64,000 bases of DNA from a virus. Position 1 is the first letter of the stretch. Each line of letters begins with the position of its first letter. A program made the position numbers and the translations under genes. The stretch is from positions 1 through 64,000 of IMG/VR virus record IMGVR_UViG_3300020045_002314; one strand, 5' to 3'. Positions 10,284-20,780 of the stretch are shown here, piece after piece. The notes under the pieces were generated by a model. That model saw only the letters and a program-made list of their open reading frames with translations. It had not been told where the DNA came from and made no database searches.

Positions 10284-10931
10284 ATGGCATCACTTAATCA
10301 ATTAGCTGATTTAATAGCAAATACTTTTGGTAAATACAATGACCATGAGTTTAAAGAAAGAATTAAAGATAGAATCAAATTTCTTAATGCTACTTTAATA
10401 CGTAGAACTTTTGATAAACATGGAACTGATGAAGAATTAATAATTCCTTTAAAGTTTCAATTAGAAGAAGTTGTAGACCCAGCTATTTGTATTCAATTTG
10501 GTATAACAAATAAAAAATGTACAATATTAAAAACTAAAAATAAAGTACCAACTCCTCTTAGAACAGTGAGTACACCTATCTTTAATTACATAGGTGTACT
10601 CGATGGTACTATACCATTTTATAAAGCACGTAAGTTTGAAATAAAACCTTTACGTAAAGAACGATTAAATAATAATCAAATATTTGTAGTATATGAAAAT
10701 AAATATTTTTATATAATAGGGAATATACAAATTGAATTTATGAGGGCTGATGCTGTATATATCAATTTAGATGAATTTAATCAATTGTGTGACCCTGATA
10801 GTAATTGCTATAATGATTACGATGAATATCCAATACCTTTAGATATAATAGATATTATTATAAAAGAATTGGAAAAAGAATATAGTGCATTTTTTAATAT
10901 TAAAACTAATAATGAAATAGAAAATAAATAA
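10284..10931 (+). CDS. crAss-like tail ring/tubular-type protein
   Basis: 'MASLNQLADLI...C.ILKTKNKVPTPL...ENKYFYI...C...DEYPIP.D.IDIIIK' pattern and synteny resemble crAss ring proteins. Confidence 0.6.
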   Translation: MASLNQLADLIANTFGKYNDHEFKERIKDRIKFLNATLIRRTFDKHGTDEELIIPLKFQLEEVVDPAICIQFGITNKKCTILKTKNKVPTPLRTVSTPIFNYIGVLDGTIPFYKARKFEIKPLRKERLNNNQIFVVYENKYFYIIGNIQIEFMRADAVYINLDEFNQLCDPDSNCYNDYDEYPIPLDIIDIIIKELEKEYSAFFNIKTNNEIENK

Positions 10932-10933
10932 AA

Positions 10934-11746
10934 ATGGTACATAATATATTTTCAATAAATGTAAAAGAATATATAATAACAGAATTAAAAATATCATATA
11001 AAGCATTAGATAACCATATAGTAAAATTAAATAATTTAAAGATATTATTAGATAGATATTATACATCTTCTGCACCTAATATTACATGGTTAATAAAAGA
11101 TAAACAAAATAAAATAATATATCATCAAAAAAGAATATATTATTTTAAAAGAAGAATTAAGATATTAAAACTATTTCCTAAACGTCCTCAAATAATATCT
11201 AAATTATTAACGGCTATAAATACAAATATAGCTAAAGAAATATTAAGAGGTGGTATATATACAATACCATTTAATTTAGGTAGGTTATATATATTAGTAG
11301 TAAATAGAAAAAATATATATAAAAATATAAATTGGTATCAATCATATCAAGAACTTGAAAAGATAGCTAAAAGAGAATGTATAGATATATACAATAGTTA
11401 TAAGAATAAAGAAATAGATAAATTTATATTTACTAGAGCAATGCAACCATATACTTATCCAACACCACATAAGCCACGTTGGATAATTTATAATTTATCA
11501 GAAACAGCTTGGATGTGGTATTTTAGAAAAGGTAACTTTAAAGATAGAAATAAACATCCTTTTAGTTTTAAACCTACAGAAAAGATGCAACAACGAAATA
11601 TGACACCTGCTGATATTTATAAAACATTTGATAATGTAGAAGGTATTATAGAAGCAAGTAATATAGGTAATATAAATAAACTACAATTAATAAAATTAAT
11701 CAATCCTTCATTTAAACAATATTATCATGATATATCGACAGATTAA
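10934..11746 (+). CDS. crAss-like IHF/HU-related basic protein
   Basis: 'NIAKEILRGGIYTIPFNLGRLYI...INW' resembles the IHF-like family next to crAss tail genes; highly basic. Confidence 0.55.
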   Translation: MVHNIFSINVKEYIITELKISYKALDNHIVKLNNLKILLDRYYTSSAPNITWLIKDKQNKIIYHQKRIYYFKRRIKILKLFPKRPQIISKLLTAINTNIAKEILRGGIYTIPFNLGRLYILVVNRKNIYKNINWYQSYQELEKIAKRECIDIYNSYKNKEIDKFIFTRAMQPYTYPTPHKPRWIIYNLSETAWMWYFRKGNFKDRNKHPFSFKPTEKMQQRNMTPADIYKTFDNVEGIIEASNIGNINKLQLIKLINPSFKQYYHDISTD

Positions 11747-12428
11747 TAGTTCAATAGTTATAACTTCTGTAATTGAAAGATTTAATATTACAGATTCAGA
11801 TTGGATACCTAGAAGTAATTCTATTATTAATAAATGTTTAAGTGATTTAAAGATTACTAAATATTTAGAAAAACAAAGTATTGATTTACCAGTTACAGAA
11901 TATAAATTTGAATTACCTTGTGATTTAAAATCTGTAAAATGTGTAAGTATTGATGGAGAACGTATTGAGAAATCTACAAGTTTAGTTGGTATTAACGAAA
12001 GTGGTATATTAACTTATGAGTTATTAAATAACAATTTTGGTATATTATTAACAGATGATTCACGTTATAAAGAATGTACTATAACTTTAGAATATAAAGG
12101 TTTCACAATGGAATTAGATACAGACTATAATTTATATTTTCCTATAATTCCTGATAATCAAGATGTAATTGAAGCTATGTCTTTTTATATACTTATAAAT
12201 ATATTGCAACGTGGTTATAAACATTCTGTATATTCTTTAGAGAGTAATAGTCCTGTTACTAATCCTCATTATATTTATTATGGAGTTAATAATAAAAGTG
12301 GTTTACGTAAAAAAGCTAGATTAAGTATAGGAGCAAATGATGTAGATACAGAACGTGGTATTGTAAAAAGAGTTAATACATTTTTATATAGTCAAAATGA
12401 ATATTTCACATCAGAATTTAAGAAATAA
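11727..12428 (+). CDS. Tail tubular/ring protein (P22 gp4-like, crAss type)
   Basis: 'ELPCDL', 'LEYKG...PIIPDN..VIEAMSFYI' motifs; directly upstream of the tail stabilization protein. Confidence 0.65.
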   Translation: MIYRQINSSIVITSVIERFNITDSDWIPRSNSIINKCLSDLKITKYLEKQSIDLPVTEYKFELPCDLKSVKCVSIDGERIEKSTSLVGINESGILTYELLNNNFGILLTDDSRYKECTITLEYKGFTMELDTDYNLYFPIIPDNQDVIEAMSFYILINILQRGYKHSVYSLESNSPVTNPHYIYYGVNNKSGLRKKARLSIGANDVDTERGIVKRVNTFLYSQNEYFTSEFKK

Positions 12429-15400
12429 TGTTATATAATAAATTACAACTATCAGGTAGACAAACTACAAAAATGCATGGAGGAATAGTCTATGCTAAAA
12501 ATAAAGTATTTGATACAACTAAGAAAAGTATTAAAACAGAATGTGGTTTTGATTTAATATTAACTACTGATTTTACAATTAATGGACTTACAACTAATAA
12601 TAAAGAAATTATATTATTTGGTATAGATGTTAATGGTAAAGGTGTAATATCTATATTTAATTATACAACTCTAGTACATACAATTATTATTAGAAGTGCT
12701 TATATTAACTTTAATATACTAAATCCTATAATTGCTACAACATATGTTAATTATAACGATGAAACAGTAGTGCAATGGATTGATGGTATTAGTAGTACAT
12801 CTAATAATATAAGAATATGTAATTTACAAGTATTACCTTTTAAAAGTGGTTTAACAGGTGCTAAAGAATTAGTTAATCCTGCTGAAATAACTTTACTAGA
12901 TTTATATCCTAATTTAACAGTTCCTTTAATATCTTTAAATAGTGTACCAAATACAGGTAATTTACAAACAGGAACTTATATAATATATGTAGCATATGAA
13001 TTTCAAGATAATAGAATTAGTAAATGGTTAAATCAAACTCATTCTATATATGTTATACAAAGTTATATAAATTATAATAGTAGTGATGAAGCATTATATA
13101 GATTAATACAAGGAGGACAAGGTGGATTATTATCTAATAAAAGTATTGTATTAGATGTTACAGCAATACCTACTTATGTAAAAAATCTAAAATTAGGTAT
13201 TATACATTCTAAAAATAATGTACTAACTGCATATACAAAATCTGTAATTGTTACAAATACATCTTTACAAGTTACATTATCTAGTATGGATATGGAGATA
13301 GTACCTTTAACTACTATTTTAAATATACCTACTATTTATAAAAAAGGATATGCTATAACACAATTTGATAATAAATCTATTATTGGTAATTTAACAATAA
13401 ATGATAGAATTAATTATCAACCTTTTGCTAATAATATAAATGTGAAATGGATATCACAAGGTATTAAATATTATAAAGAAGGTTCTATAAATCCATCGGA
13501 TACATTTAAATCTGAATTAAAAACATATATTGATAAATCATTTATGCCAAATGAAGTATATGCTCTTTATATTCAATTAATATTATTAGATGCAAGTGAA
13601 ACAGAATGGTTTCATATACCAGGAAATACAAGTGATAAATATGATGCTCAAATACTTAACAAAACTACATTATTAAGTGAATTAGGAAGTAGTGTTCCTT
13701 ATTATCGTGTTGAATGTACAGCAGAAAGTAGTGGATTATTAGGTTATTGGGAGAATCAAAATGAAATATATCCAAATACAGAAGATTCAGATGTATATGA
13801 AGTTAATATAGATGGCAGTTATTCTTATTTATATACTAATCGTAATACACCTGTAAGACATTTTAAATTTCCTGACAAACGCAATTTATTAAAATGGGGA
13901 CATATTAACGATTTTAATAATACAAGTCCTAGTTTAGGTATTGTTGTATCTAATATTAAGTTTCCAACTATAATTGCAAATAAAATACAAGGTTATAGAA
14001 TTGGTTATGCTAAACGTGATGTTAACAATTCAACAGTTATAGATGAATCAATTATACATAATATTTATAATTATTATGATGATTATGATGGACATAAAAC
14101 TAAGAAACGAATTAGTGGAATGCACTCAACAGGAGGTTATTTTGGAAATGAGAATAATGATAGAAGTACTGGTACAATTGTAAATGACGAAGTTGTATTA
14201 TTTCCATTTAAAACATTAAAAAATAATGATAGTTTATTATTCAATTATTTACATTTTAATTATGCTTTTGATAAACGTGCAATTTGTACAAATAAATATG
14301 AATATGGAGCATCATTAGTAGGTAGTACTGTATTAATTAAAAAATCATATATTATAGGTGCTACAAATCAATTATTAAATGTACAAGGGTTAGGAGTACA
14401 TGATATAAATCTAACATATTATTTAGACGGTTTTACTAATACATTAGAACCTGATTATACAGATGTAGATAGTGCAATTATATCTAATATACCTATTATT
14501 GATAAAGTATATATTGGAAGAAGTAATACTTATAATAATGTAATAAATGAATTATCAGATACTGTAGTATATGGTAAATTACCAACAGGTAGATATTTTG
14601 ATGCAACTAATTATAATTGGGCAGAAGCACCTGAAAATTTATTTTTAAGTTCAGGGTTGTTTACTAATGTAACAATGATGGTATATAAAACAGATTGCTA
14701 TAATTCATTTAAAAATCAAGATGTAGTTATTTGTTCAGATTTTATAAATAAAACAATTTCATCACAAAATTTATATAATGGTGATACTTATGTAGGTATT
14801 AAATCTTATAAATTAATTCCAACATACTATAAAGATAATGCTGTAGATGAAGGCTCTACATTAACAATAGATGGTATAACAATTGAACATGATACAGTAT
14901 GTTTTGTTCAATTATTTGTAGCTTATGGATTTCCATATTATTCAACTATTAATATAGAATTAAGACATAAAGAAACAGATATTTATTATCCTAATTTTGA
15001 TATATATTCTGATTTTGAAACATGGTTAAATAGTACAACAATATTAAATAATACATATTTCTATAATTATGATTATTCTAAAGTAAATGATTTATTATAT
15101 TATTTAGTGTATAATTCAGAAAATAGATTTATATCTAAATATGGTAAAAGATTTATAATTAGTAATAGTAATAAAACTGAATCATTACTTTTACATTGGG
15201 CTATATTTGATAACCTATCATATATGGACACAGCCTATAATAAAGGGGATATTGTTTATTTAAATGCTAATGATAGATTTTTATATATTCAAAAACGTAA
15301 TACTTTAAATTATTTAAGTATAGAAGATACGTTAACAATGGGTGATGGTAAAGTAATAGAATTACAAAATAAATCATTACTAGATATTGTATTAAAAGAA

Positions 15401-16393
15401 ATCTTAACTACTGATAAAGGTTATATATCTACAACTGAAAGATTTGCAAATATATTTACTGTATATGGATTCTTTACATATTCCTCTGATAGATTAAGAA
15501 TTTATAAAATATTAGGGGATAAAGTAGAAGATATTACAATTGGAATACAAGATTATTTAGAAAGTAAAAAACAATATTTATTAGCTAGTAATAGTAATCC
15601 TTATAATCATAATGGTATTATTTTAGGTTATGACGATAAAGAAGAGAATTTAATATTTTCATTATCTGATACTGGATTAGAACCTGAAACAGGAGAAGAT
15701 GAAGTAGACGAAGAGAATTCAGTTTTAGGTAATAGTTTTACATTAAGTTATAAATGTTCAGAAGAAGCATGGGTTAGCTTTCATGTATATTTACCATATA
15801 TGATGTTAAATCTTTTAAATAAAACATTTTCAATTAAATATAAAAAACTATATAAGCATAATTCAGATACAAATACTGGCAAGTATTATATGAATAAATT
15901 AACAAATACTTATACTATTCATTCTGATGTAATTGATTATATATTTAATTCTGTAAATACTGAAAATGGATATACTGGAAAAGATATTAATAAAATATTT
16001 AATAATTTTAAATTACATCATCAATTATATTTAAATAAAGTATATAAACCACATACAGGAATTGATAGAATAGCTGTATATAATGATACACAATGTTCAG
16101 GATATATAGATGTTATTTCAGGTAATTGGTTTAATAATATACCTTTACAATCAAGATTAGAAATTGCAACATTTGATAAATTTAAAGATATTGTAATTAA
16201 TAATACAATTCCAATTTTAGATAGTCGTTATGACTTTATAATAAATAACTTAAAATCTAAAAATTGGTTTGAAAATTCAAACTTTATATCTAAATTTGTG
16301 ATAATCAGACTTGTTCATAACAATACAGGAATGAGTTTATCTGAATTATATATAGACGATATAGATGTTGATTTTAACATAAACTCTAAATAA
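12428..16393 (+). CDS. Tail stabilization/muzzle protein (P22 gp10-like, crAss type)
   Basis: 1321 aa; 'EVYALYI..WFHIPG', 'LGYWEN..EIYP', 'VRHFKFP', 'IQGYRIGYAKR', 'YNGDTYV', 'FTLSY...WVSFH.Y.P' are typical of the crAss muzzle protein. Confidence 0.75.
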   Translation: MLYNKLQLSGRQTTKMHGGIVYAKNKVFDTTKKSIKTECGFDLILTTDFTINGLTTNNKEIILFGIDVNGKGVISIFNYTTLVHTIIIRSAYINFNILNPIIATTYVNYNDETVVQWIDGISSTSNNIRICNLQVLPFKSGLTGAKELVNPAEITLLDLYPNLTVPLISLNSVPNTGNLQTGTYIIYVAYEFQDNRISKWLNQTHSIYVIQSYINYNSSDEALYRLIQGGQGGLLSNKSIVLDVTAIPTYVKNLKLGIIHSKNNVLTAYTKSVIVTNTSLQVTLSSMDMEIVPLTTILNIPTIYKKGYAITQFDNKSIIGNLTINDRINYQPFANNINVKWISQGIKYYKEGSINPSDTFKSELKTYIDKSFMPNEVYALYIQLILLDASETEWFHIPGNTSDKYDAQILNKTTLLSELGSSVPYYRVECTAESSGLLGYWENQNEIYPNTEDSDVYEVNIDGSYSYLYTNRNTPVRHFKFPDKRNLLKWGHINDFNNTSPSLGIVVSNIKFPTIIANKIQGYRIGYAKRDVNNSTVIDESIIHNIYNYYDDYDGHKTKKRISGMHSTGGYFGNENNDRSTGTIVNDEVVLFPFKTLKNNDSLLFNYLHFNYAFDKRAICTNKYEYGASLVGSTVLIKKSYIIGATNQLLNVQGLGVHDINLTYYLDGFTNTLEPDYTDVDSAIISNIPIIDKVYIGRSNTYNNVINELSDTVVYGKLPTGRYFDATNYNWAEAPENLFLSSGLFTNVTMMVYKTDCYNSFKNQDVVICSDFINKTISSQNLYNGDTYVGIKSYKLIPTYYKDNAVDEGSTLTIDGITIEHDTVCFVQLFVAYGFPYYSTINIELRHKETDIYYPNFDIYSDFETWLNSTTILNNTYFYNYDYSKVNDLLYYLVYNSENRFISKYGKRFIISNSNKTESLLLHWAIFDNLSYMDTAYNKGDIVYLNANDRFLYIQKRNTLNYLSIEDTLTMGDGKVIELQNKSLLDIVLKEILTTDKGYISTTERFANIFTVYGFFTYSSDRLRIYKILGDKVEDITIGIQDYLESKKQYLLASNSNPYNHNGIILGYDDKEENLIFSLSDTGLEPETGEDEVDEENSVLGNSFTLSYKCSEEAWVSFHVYLPYMMLNLLNKTFSIKYKKLYKHNSDTNTGKYYMNKLTNTYTIHSDVIDYIFNSVNTENGYTGKDINKIFNNFKLHHQLYLNKVYKPHTGIDRIAVYNDTQCSGYIDVISGNWFNNIPLQSRLEIATFDKFKDIVINNTIPILDSRYDFIINNLKSKNWFENSNFISKFVIIRLVHNNTGMSLSELYIDDIDVDFNINSK

Positions 16394-16399
16394 TAAATT

Positions 16400-18253
16400 A
16401 TGTTATTAAAAAGATATGGATATGGTGGAGAGTTAAGTAATTCTCAACGTACAGATAGAAATATAGGAATGTTACAAGGAGCAGGTTCAGGAGCAGCAGC
16501 AGGTGCTGCAATTGGTAGTATAATTCCAGGAGTAGGTACAGTAATAGGTGGAGCAATAGGTGGAATAGGAGGTGCTTTATATGGAGGTTATCAATCTATA
16601 AAAGAATCTAAATTTAATAATGATTTTCAAAAGAAAATGATTAATACACAATTAGATAATAAAATTAATTCTTTTAATTCTGTAAGAAATACTGGTAATA
16701 ATAATACATTACCTTATTATAAATTAGGTGGAAGAATAGCATCTGATTCATATATGTTTAATGGTAATAGTCATGAACAAGGTGGTATTAAAACTCAATT
16801 TGGAGAAGTTGAAGGTGGTGAATTAATGGTAGGTGATAAAATATATTCTACTAGACTTGGTGTAGATGGTAAATCATTTTCATCTTTAGCTAAACCTCAT
16901 ACATTATATAAAGCAAAAATTGAAGATAAATTAGGTAAAACATCTGATAAATATAAAACTAATTCTTTATTAAGAGAACTAGATTATCATAACAAAATGT
17001 TAGATGAATTATTTAATACACAAGAATTACAAAAAGGTGAATATGATGAAAATAATAAATTTGCATTTGGTGGTGAAATAGATGGTAGTCCTTATAAGAA
17101 TTCACATTTCTTACAAACTAATATAGATGATGGTACAACTACTTATGGTTTACCATTATCTGATTTTAATAGATTACCTACTAGATACCCTAGTAATAAT
17201 AGATTACTATCAGAAAATATGATAGCAACGAATCCATTTAGTTTAACACCTAATAATACAATTGATACAACTACTTATGGTTTACCATTATCTGATTTTA
17301 ATAGATTACCTACTAGATACCCTAGTAATAATAGATTACTATCAGAAAATATGATAGCAACGAATCCATTTAGTTTAACACCTAATAATACAATTGATAC
17401 AACTACACCAATAGGTATTGATACAGATGGAGAATATGCAAGTATGGCTCCAAATTCTACAGATGGATTTAATATGAAAGCACAAGATATTATAGGTGAA
17501 TCTCAAAATACAGATAAATCATTACCTAGAAATAATAAATTAAAGAAATTATTAAATAATCCTAATGTTATAGATAGTGCTATTGTTGGAACTTCTATAT
17601 TAGGTAATATAATGTCTAATAATAAATTAAAGAATTTAGATTTACCTACACATGAATTAACACCGTTTGTAAATTTAGATAAGAACTTAGATATATCTTC
17701 TCAATTACAAAGTATTAAAGATACAGAAGGTTCTATTAAAAGTTATATGACTAGCAATTCAAGTAATTCAAATTCAGCTGCTTCTAAAATAGCAAATTTA
17801 TTACTTACATCTACAGGTGATAAAAATAAATTATTTAGTGATAAAGTTAATTATTCTAATCAAGTTAAAAACCAAGAACAATTAACTAATTTAGATATAG
17901 ATGCTCGTAATAAAGCGTTACAATATGATGATGCTTTAAGTAAATATAATTTAGATGTACAAACTAAATTTACAAATCCATCAGCAATTAGAGCAGATGC
18001 TTATGATAAAATTAATAGTTTAATAACTAATAATAAAATGGAGAAGTTCCAAAATAGACAATTAGATATATATGAAAAAGTATATAACAAAGGTTGGAAA
18101 GGTGTAGAATTAGTAGGTACTACCCCTGACTTCTATTCAGGATTAGATGATAATAATTTAGTAGAACTATATAATCGTGAAAAACATACTGGTGGTAAAT
18201 ACTTTGAAATGATTAAACAAGAAGCTAAGAAACGTAATTTAAAGGTTGAATAA
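16400..18253 (+). CDS. Internal virion (cargo/ejection) protein with glycine zipper
   Basis: N-terminal Gly-zipper GAGSGAAAGAAIGSIIPGVGTVIGGAIGGIGG; 'GNSHEQGGI..EVEGGE..IYS.RL' motif of crAss cargo proteins. Confidence 0.65.
   Translation: MLLKRYGYGGELSNSQRTDRNIGMLQGAGSGAAAGAAIGSIIPGVGTVIGGAIGGIGGALYGGYQSIKESKFNNDFQKKMINTQLDNKINSFNSVRNTGNNNTLPYYKLGGRIASDSYMFNGNSHEQGGIKTQFGEVEGGELMVGDKIYSTRLGVDGKSFSSLAKPHTLYKAKIEDKLGKTSDKYKTNSLLRELDYHNKMLDELFNTQELQKGEYDENNKFAFGGEIDGSPYKNSHFLQTNIDDGTTTYGLPLSDFNRLPTRYPSNNRLLSENMIATNPFSLTPNNTIDTTTYGLPLSDFNRLPTRYPSNNRLLSENMIATNPFSLTPNNTIDTTTPIGIDTDGEYASMAPNSTDGFNMKAQDIIGESQNTDKSLPRNNKLKKLLNNPNVIDSAIVGTSILGNIMSNNKLKNLDLPTHELTPFVNLDKNLDISSQLQSIKDTEGSIKSYMTSNSSNSNSAASKIANLLLTSTGDKNKLFSDKVNYSNQVKNQEQLTNLDIDARNKALQYDDALSKYNLDVQTKFTNPSAIRADAYDKINSLITNNKMEKFQNRQLDIYEKVYNKGWKGVELVGTTPDFYSGLDDNNLVELYNREKHTGGKYFEMIKQEAKKRNLKVE
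17134..17406 (+). repeat. Exact in-frame 132-bp tandem duplication (2 copies plus 9-bp TACAACTAC)
   Basis: Unit starts at 17134 and 17266; partial third copy at 17398-17406; encodes the 44-aa TTTYGLPLSDFNRLPTRYPSNNRLLSENMIATNPFSLTPNNTID twice. Confidence 0.95.
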
Positions 18254-20744
18254 TATGGCAATTAATAATTTTGGACAATTATCATTTGGGAGAGAAAATC
18301 CTAAATTCGTTGGTGTACCTGTTGAAGATATGCGTAAGGCAGCTGAAACATTTCAAGAAAGGTATCATACTAATGTACAAGGATATGATAAATTAAATAC
18401 TATTGCTAATAATATTAAAGTAAGACAATGGAATGAACCAATTAAGAAAAAAGCAATAGATAAAATTCAATCTTCAATTAATGAATTAACTACAGACGAT
18501 GCATTTATATATGCAGAAGATTCATTACGACAAACGGCAAATGATTTTCAAAACAATAAAGATTTACAAATTGCCTTATTAGATAAACATTTAGAAGATG
18601 TATGGGATGAAGATGCCAAAACACGTAAGGTTAGTAACGAACGTATAAACGCTCATAAATTACATCATATGCGTAGTGGTAAGCAAATAGAATATGATGA
18701 AAAAACAGGTCAATATAAAAATGTATTTAATCATGAATTAGCAGCAGATGAAGTAGATTTAACTAAATTTTATATGGATTTAGCTAAAGAAGGTAAAGTT
18801 AGTAAAAATGTATTTAGTGAATCTAAATATGATAAAGATGGTAAATTAATAAAAGGTTCAGGTGGATTAATGACTACTCCTGTATTTAATGGAGAATACT
18901 ATGGTATTATTAAACGTGAAGATACAGACGACCAAGCTAAATTAGAAAGCTTAATGACTATGGCTGCAAACGACCCAAAAGTAGCAGCATATTTAAAAGA
19001 GCAATCTAAATTTAAAATGTTAAGTTTAGCAGCTGTTGATGAAAATAATAAATATATATTAGATAATAATGGTAATTATCAATTTGGTACATACAATCCT
19101 ATGGATGGGACTATAATCCCTACTGACTTTGAAAAACAATGGAAAGATTTAGGATATACAGATGTTCAATTACAACAATTATTAAGTAAACAATCAAGTA
19201 ATGATTTAGATATTAATTTAGATACTTTTAGTAAAGAAGAACGAAATAACTTCTTTAAAGATTTATATACTCAAAGTTTATTTCAATCTGTAAATAGACA
19301 AAATGCAAGTGCCGCTACAAGATTAACAGCAGTACATTCTACAGATATTGAGTTAAAAGAAAATCATATGATGTTAGAAGCATTAAAGTTTAAATATGCT
19401 AAGAAATTAAAAGAATATGAAGTAGAATTACAATCATCAATGTTACCTTTAACTGTAGCAGATAATACTAATACACCTACTACATTAGAAGAATATAATG
19501 ATAAAATATCAGAAACATGGAATACTTATGATAATAATTATAAACAATTAGATGCAGCATTAAGAACCAAAGAAGTAGGTTTCCTTAATAAAGACCAAAA
19601 GTTAATGCCTATTACTGTAAATAATGTTACAAGAATGGCTGTTTATAATACTAAAACTAAGCGATATGAAAAAGATGGTAATGGTGCATACAAATATTTA
19701 ACACCACGTGAAGGTATTAATAGAGATGCTGTAGATATGTTAAATCATAGTTTTAATGCTTATAATAGACAAAAAGAATTTATTACTAAAACTATATTAA
19801 ACAATACACCGAATATTAATGAAACTGATTTTAAAGATATAATTGAAAATGCTATTACTACTAGTTATGCTTTAAAAGGTGATATGTCTTCACCAAATAT
19901 TAAAACAGAAATACAAGCACTTAAAGGAAAATCTAGAGCTGAATATAATAAATATTTAGATAAGAAATTAAAGTCAGACCCTACATTTGCTAAATCATTT
20001 ATGTATGAAATTTCTTATGGTAAAAGATTTTTAGGTAGAGTAGCTAATGATACAAAAGATGCTTATACTAAAATAAATGATGAATTAAATAATTACAGTA
20101 AGAATAATGCTGTAATTACAGATGGTTGGATTCCAGGTTCTCAACTTGAACAAGATAATTTAAGAAAGGTTGCAATAGCAAGTATAGATGTAGGTAATGT
20201 TCTTTATGATGTTAATTTTAATCCTTTAGATGAAGGTGAAGCAAATGTTAGTTTAGATGCTGTAAAAGATGCAATGTCTAATAGTAAAAATAAATATGTT
20301 GTACCAGTAGTACATCATTACGAAGGTAAAACATATGCTTTAATTACAGGATTAAGAGATAAAGATGATAATGTAATACCATCTGTTAGAATACCTATTG
20401 AAAATTATAAATTAAATTATCAATCTAAAGGTTGGAATAAAGTAAATAGTTTTAATAATCAAGAAGATTTAATACATGGTAATAATACTAGTCAAGTATA
20501 TACAGACTTTGAAGAAATAAATAGAAATCAAGGTAGTGGTACAATAGGTGCTAATTTAATATTACCTAATGGACAAACAACCAATCAATATGCTGTTAAA
20601 ACTGAATGGAAGAATAATCAACAAGTATTATATGTTCCTGATGCACAAGGTAAAATACAAACTATTTATACTCCTAATCAACAAGCTGCACAAAGTTATT
20701 ACTTATCATTACTAGATGATAACAATATTACAAATACTAAATAA
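18246..20744 (+). CDS. Internal virion (cargo/ejection) protein
   Basis: 832 aa, helical; N-terminal 'FVGVPVE' resembles crAss cargo proteins; lies between cargo gene and RNAP. Confidence 0.55.
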   Translation: MNNMAINNFGQLSFGRENPKFVGVPVEDMRKAAETFQERYHTNVQGYDKLNTIANNIKVRQWNEPIKKKAIDKIQSSINELTTDDAFIYAEDSLRQTANDFQNNKDLQIALLDKHLEDVWDEDAKTRKVSNERINAHKLHHMRSGKQIEYDEKTGQYKNVFNHELAADEVDLTKFYMDLAKEGKVSKNVFSESKYDKDGKLIKGSGGLMTTPVFNGEYYGIIKREDTDDQAKLESLMTMAANDPKVAAYLKEQSKFKMLSLAAVDENNKYILDNNGNYQFGTYNPMDGTIIPTDFEKQWKDLGYTDVQLQQLLSKQSSNDLDINLDTFSKEERNNFFKDLYTQSLFQSVNRQNASAATRLTAVHSTDIELKENHMMLEALKFKYAKKLKEYEVELQSSMLPLTVADNTNTPTTLEEYNDKISETWNTYDNNYKQLDAALRTKEVGFLNKDQKLMPITVNNVTRMAVYNTKTKRYEKDGNGAYKYLTPREGINRDAVDMLNHSFNAYNRQKEFITKTILNNTPNINETDFKDIIENAITTSYALKGDMSSPNIKTEIQALKGKSRAEYNKYLDKKLKSDPTFAKSFMYEISYGKRFLGRVANDTKDAYTKINDELNNYSKNNAVITDGWIPGSQLEQDNLRKVAIASIDVGNVLYDVNFNPLDEGEANVSLDAVKDAMSNSKNKYVVPVVHHYEGKTYALITGLRDKDDNVIPSVRIPIENYKLNYQSKGWNKVNSFNNQEDLIHGNNTSQVYTDFEEINRNQGSGTIGANLILPNGQTTNQYAVKTEWKNNQQVLYVPDAQGKIQTIYTPNQQAAQSYYLSLLDDNNITNTK

Positions 20745-20780
20745 ATTAAATAATTATATAAATATCTAATAATAGTAATT

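Noticed and set aside
17134-17406. CRISPR-like array
   Set aside because: Two contiguous identical coding copies with no spacers
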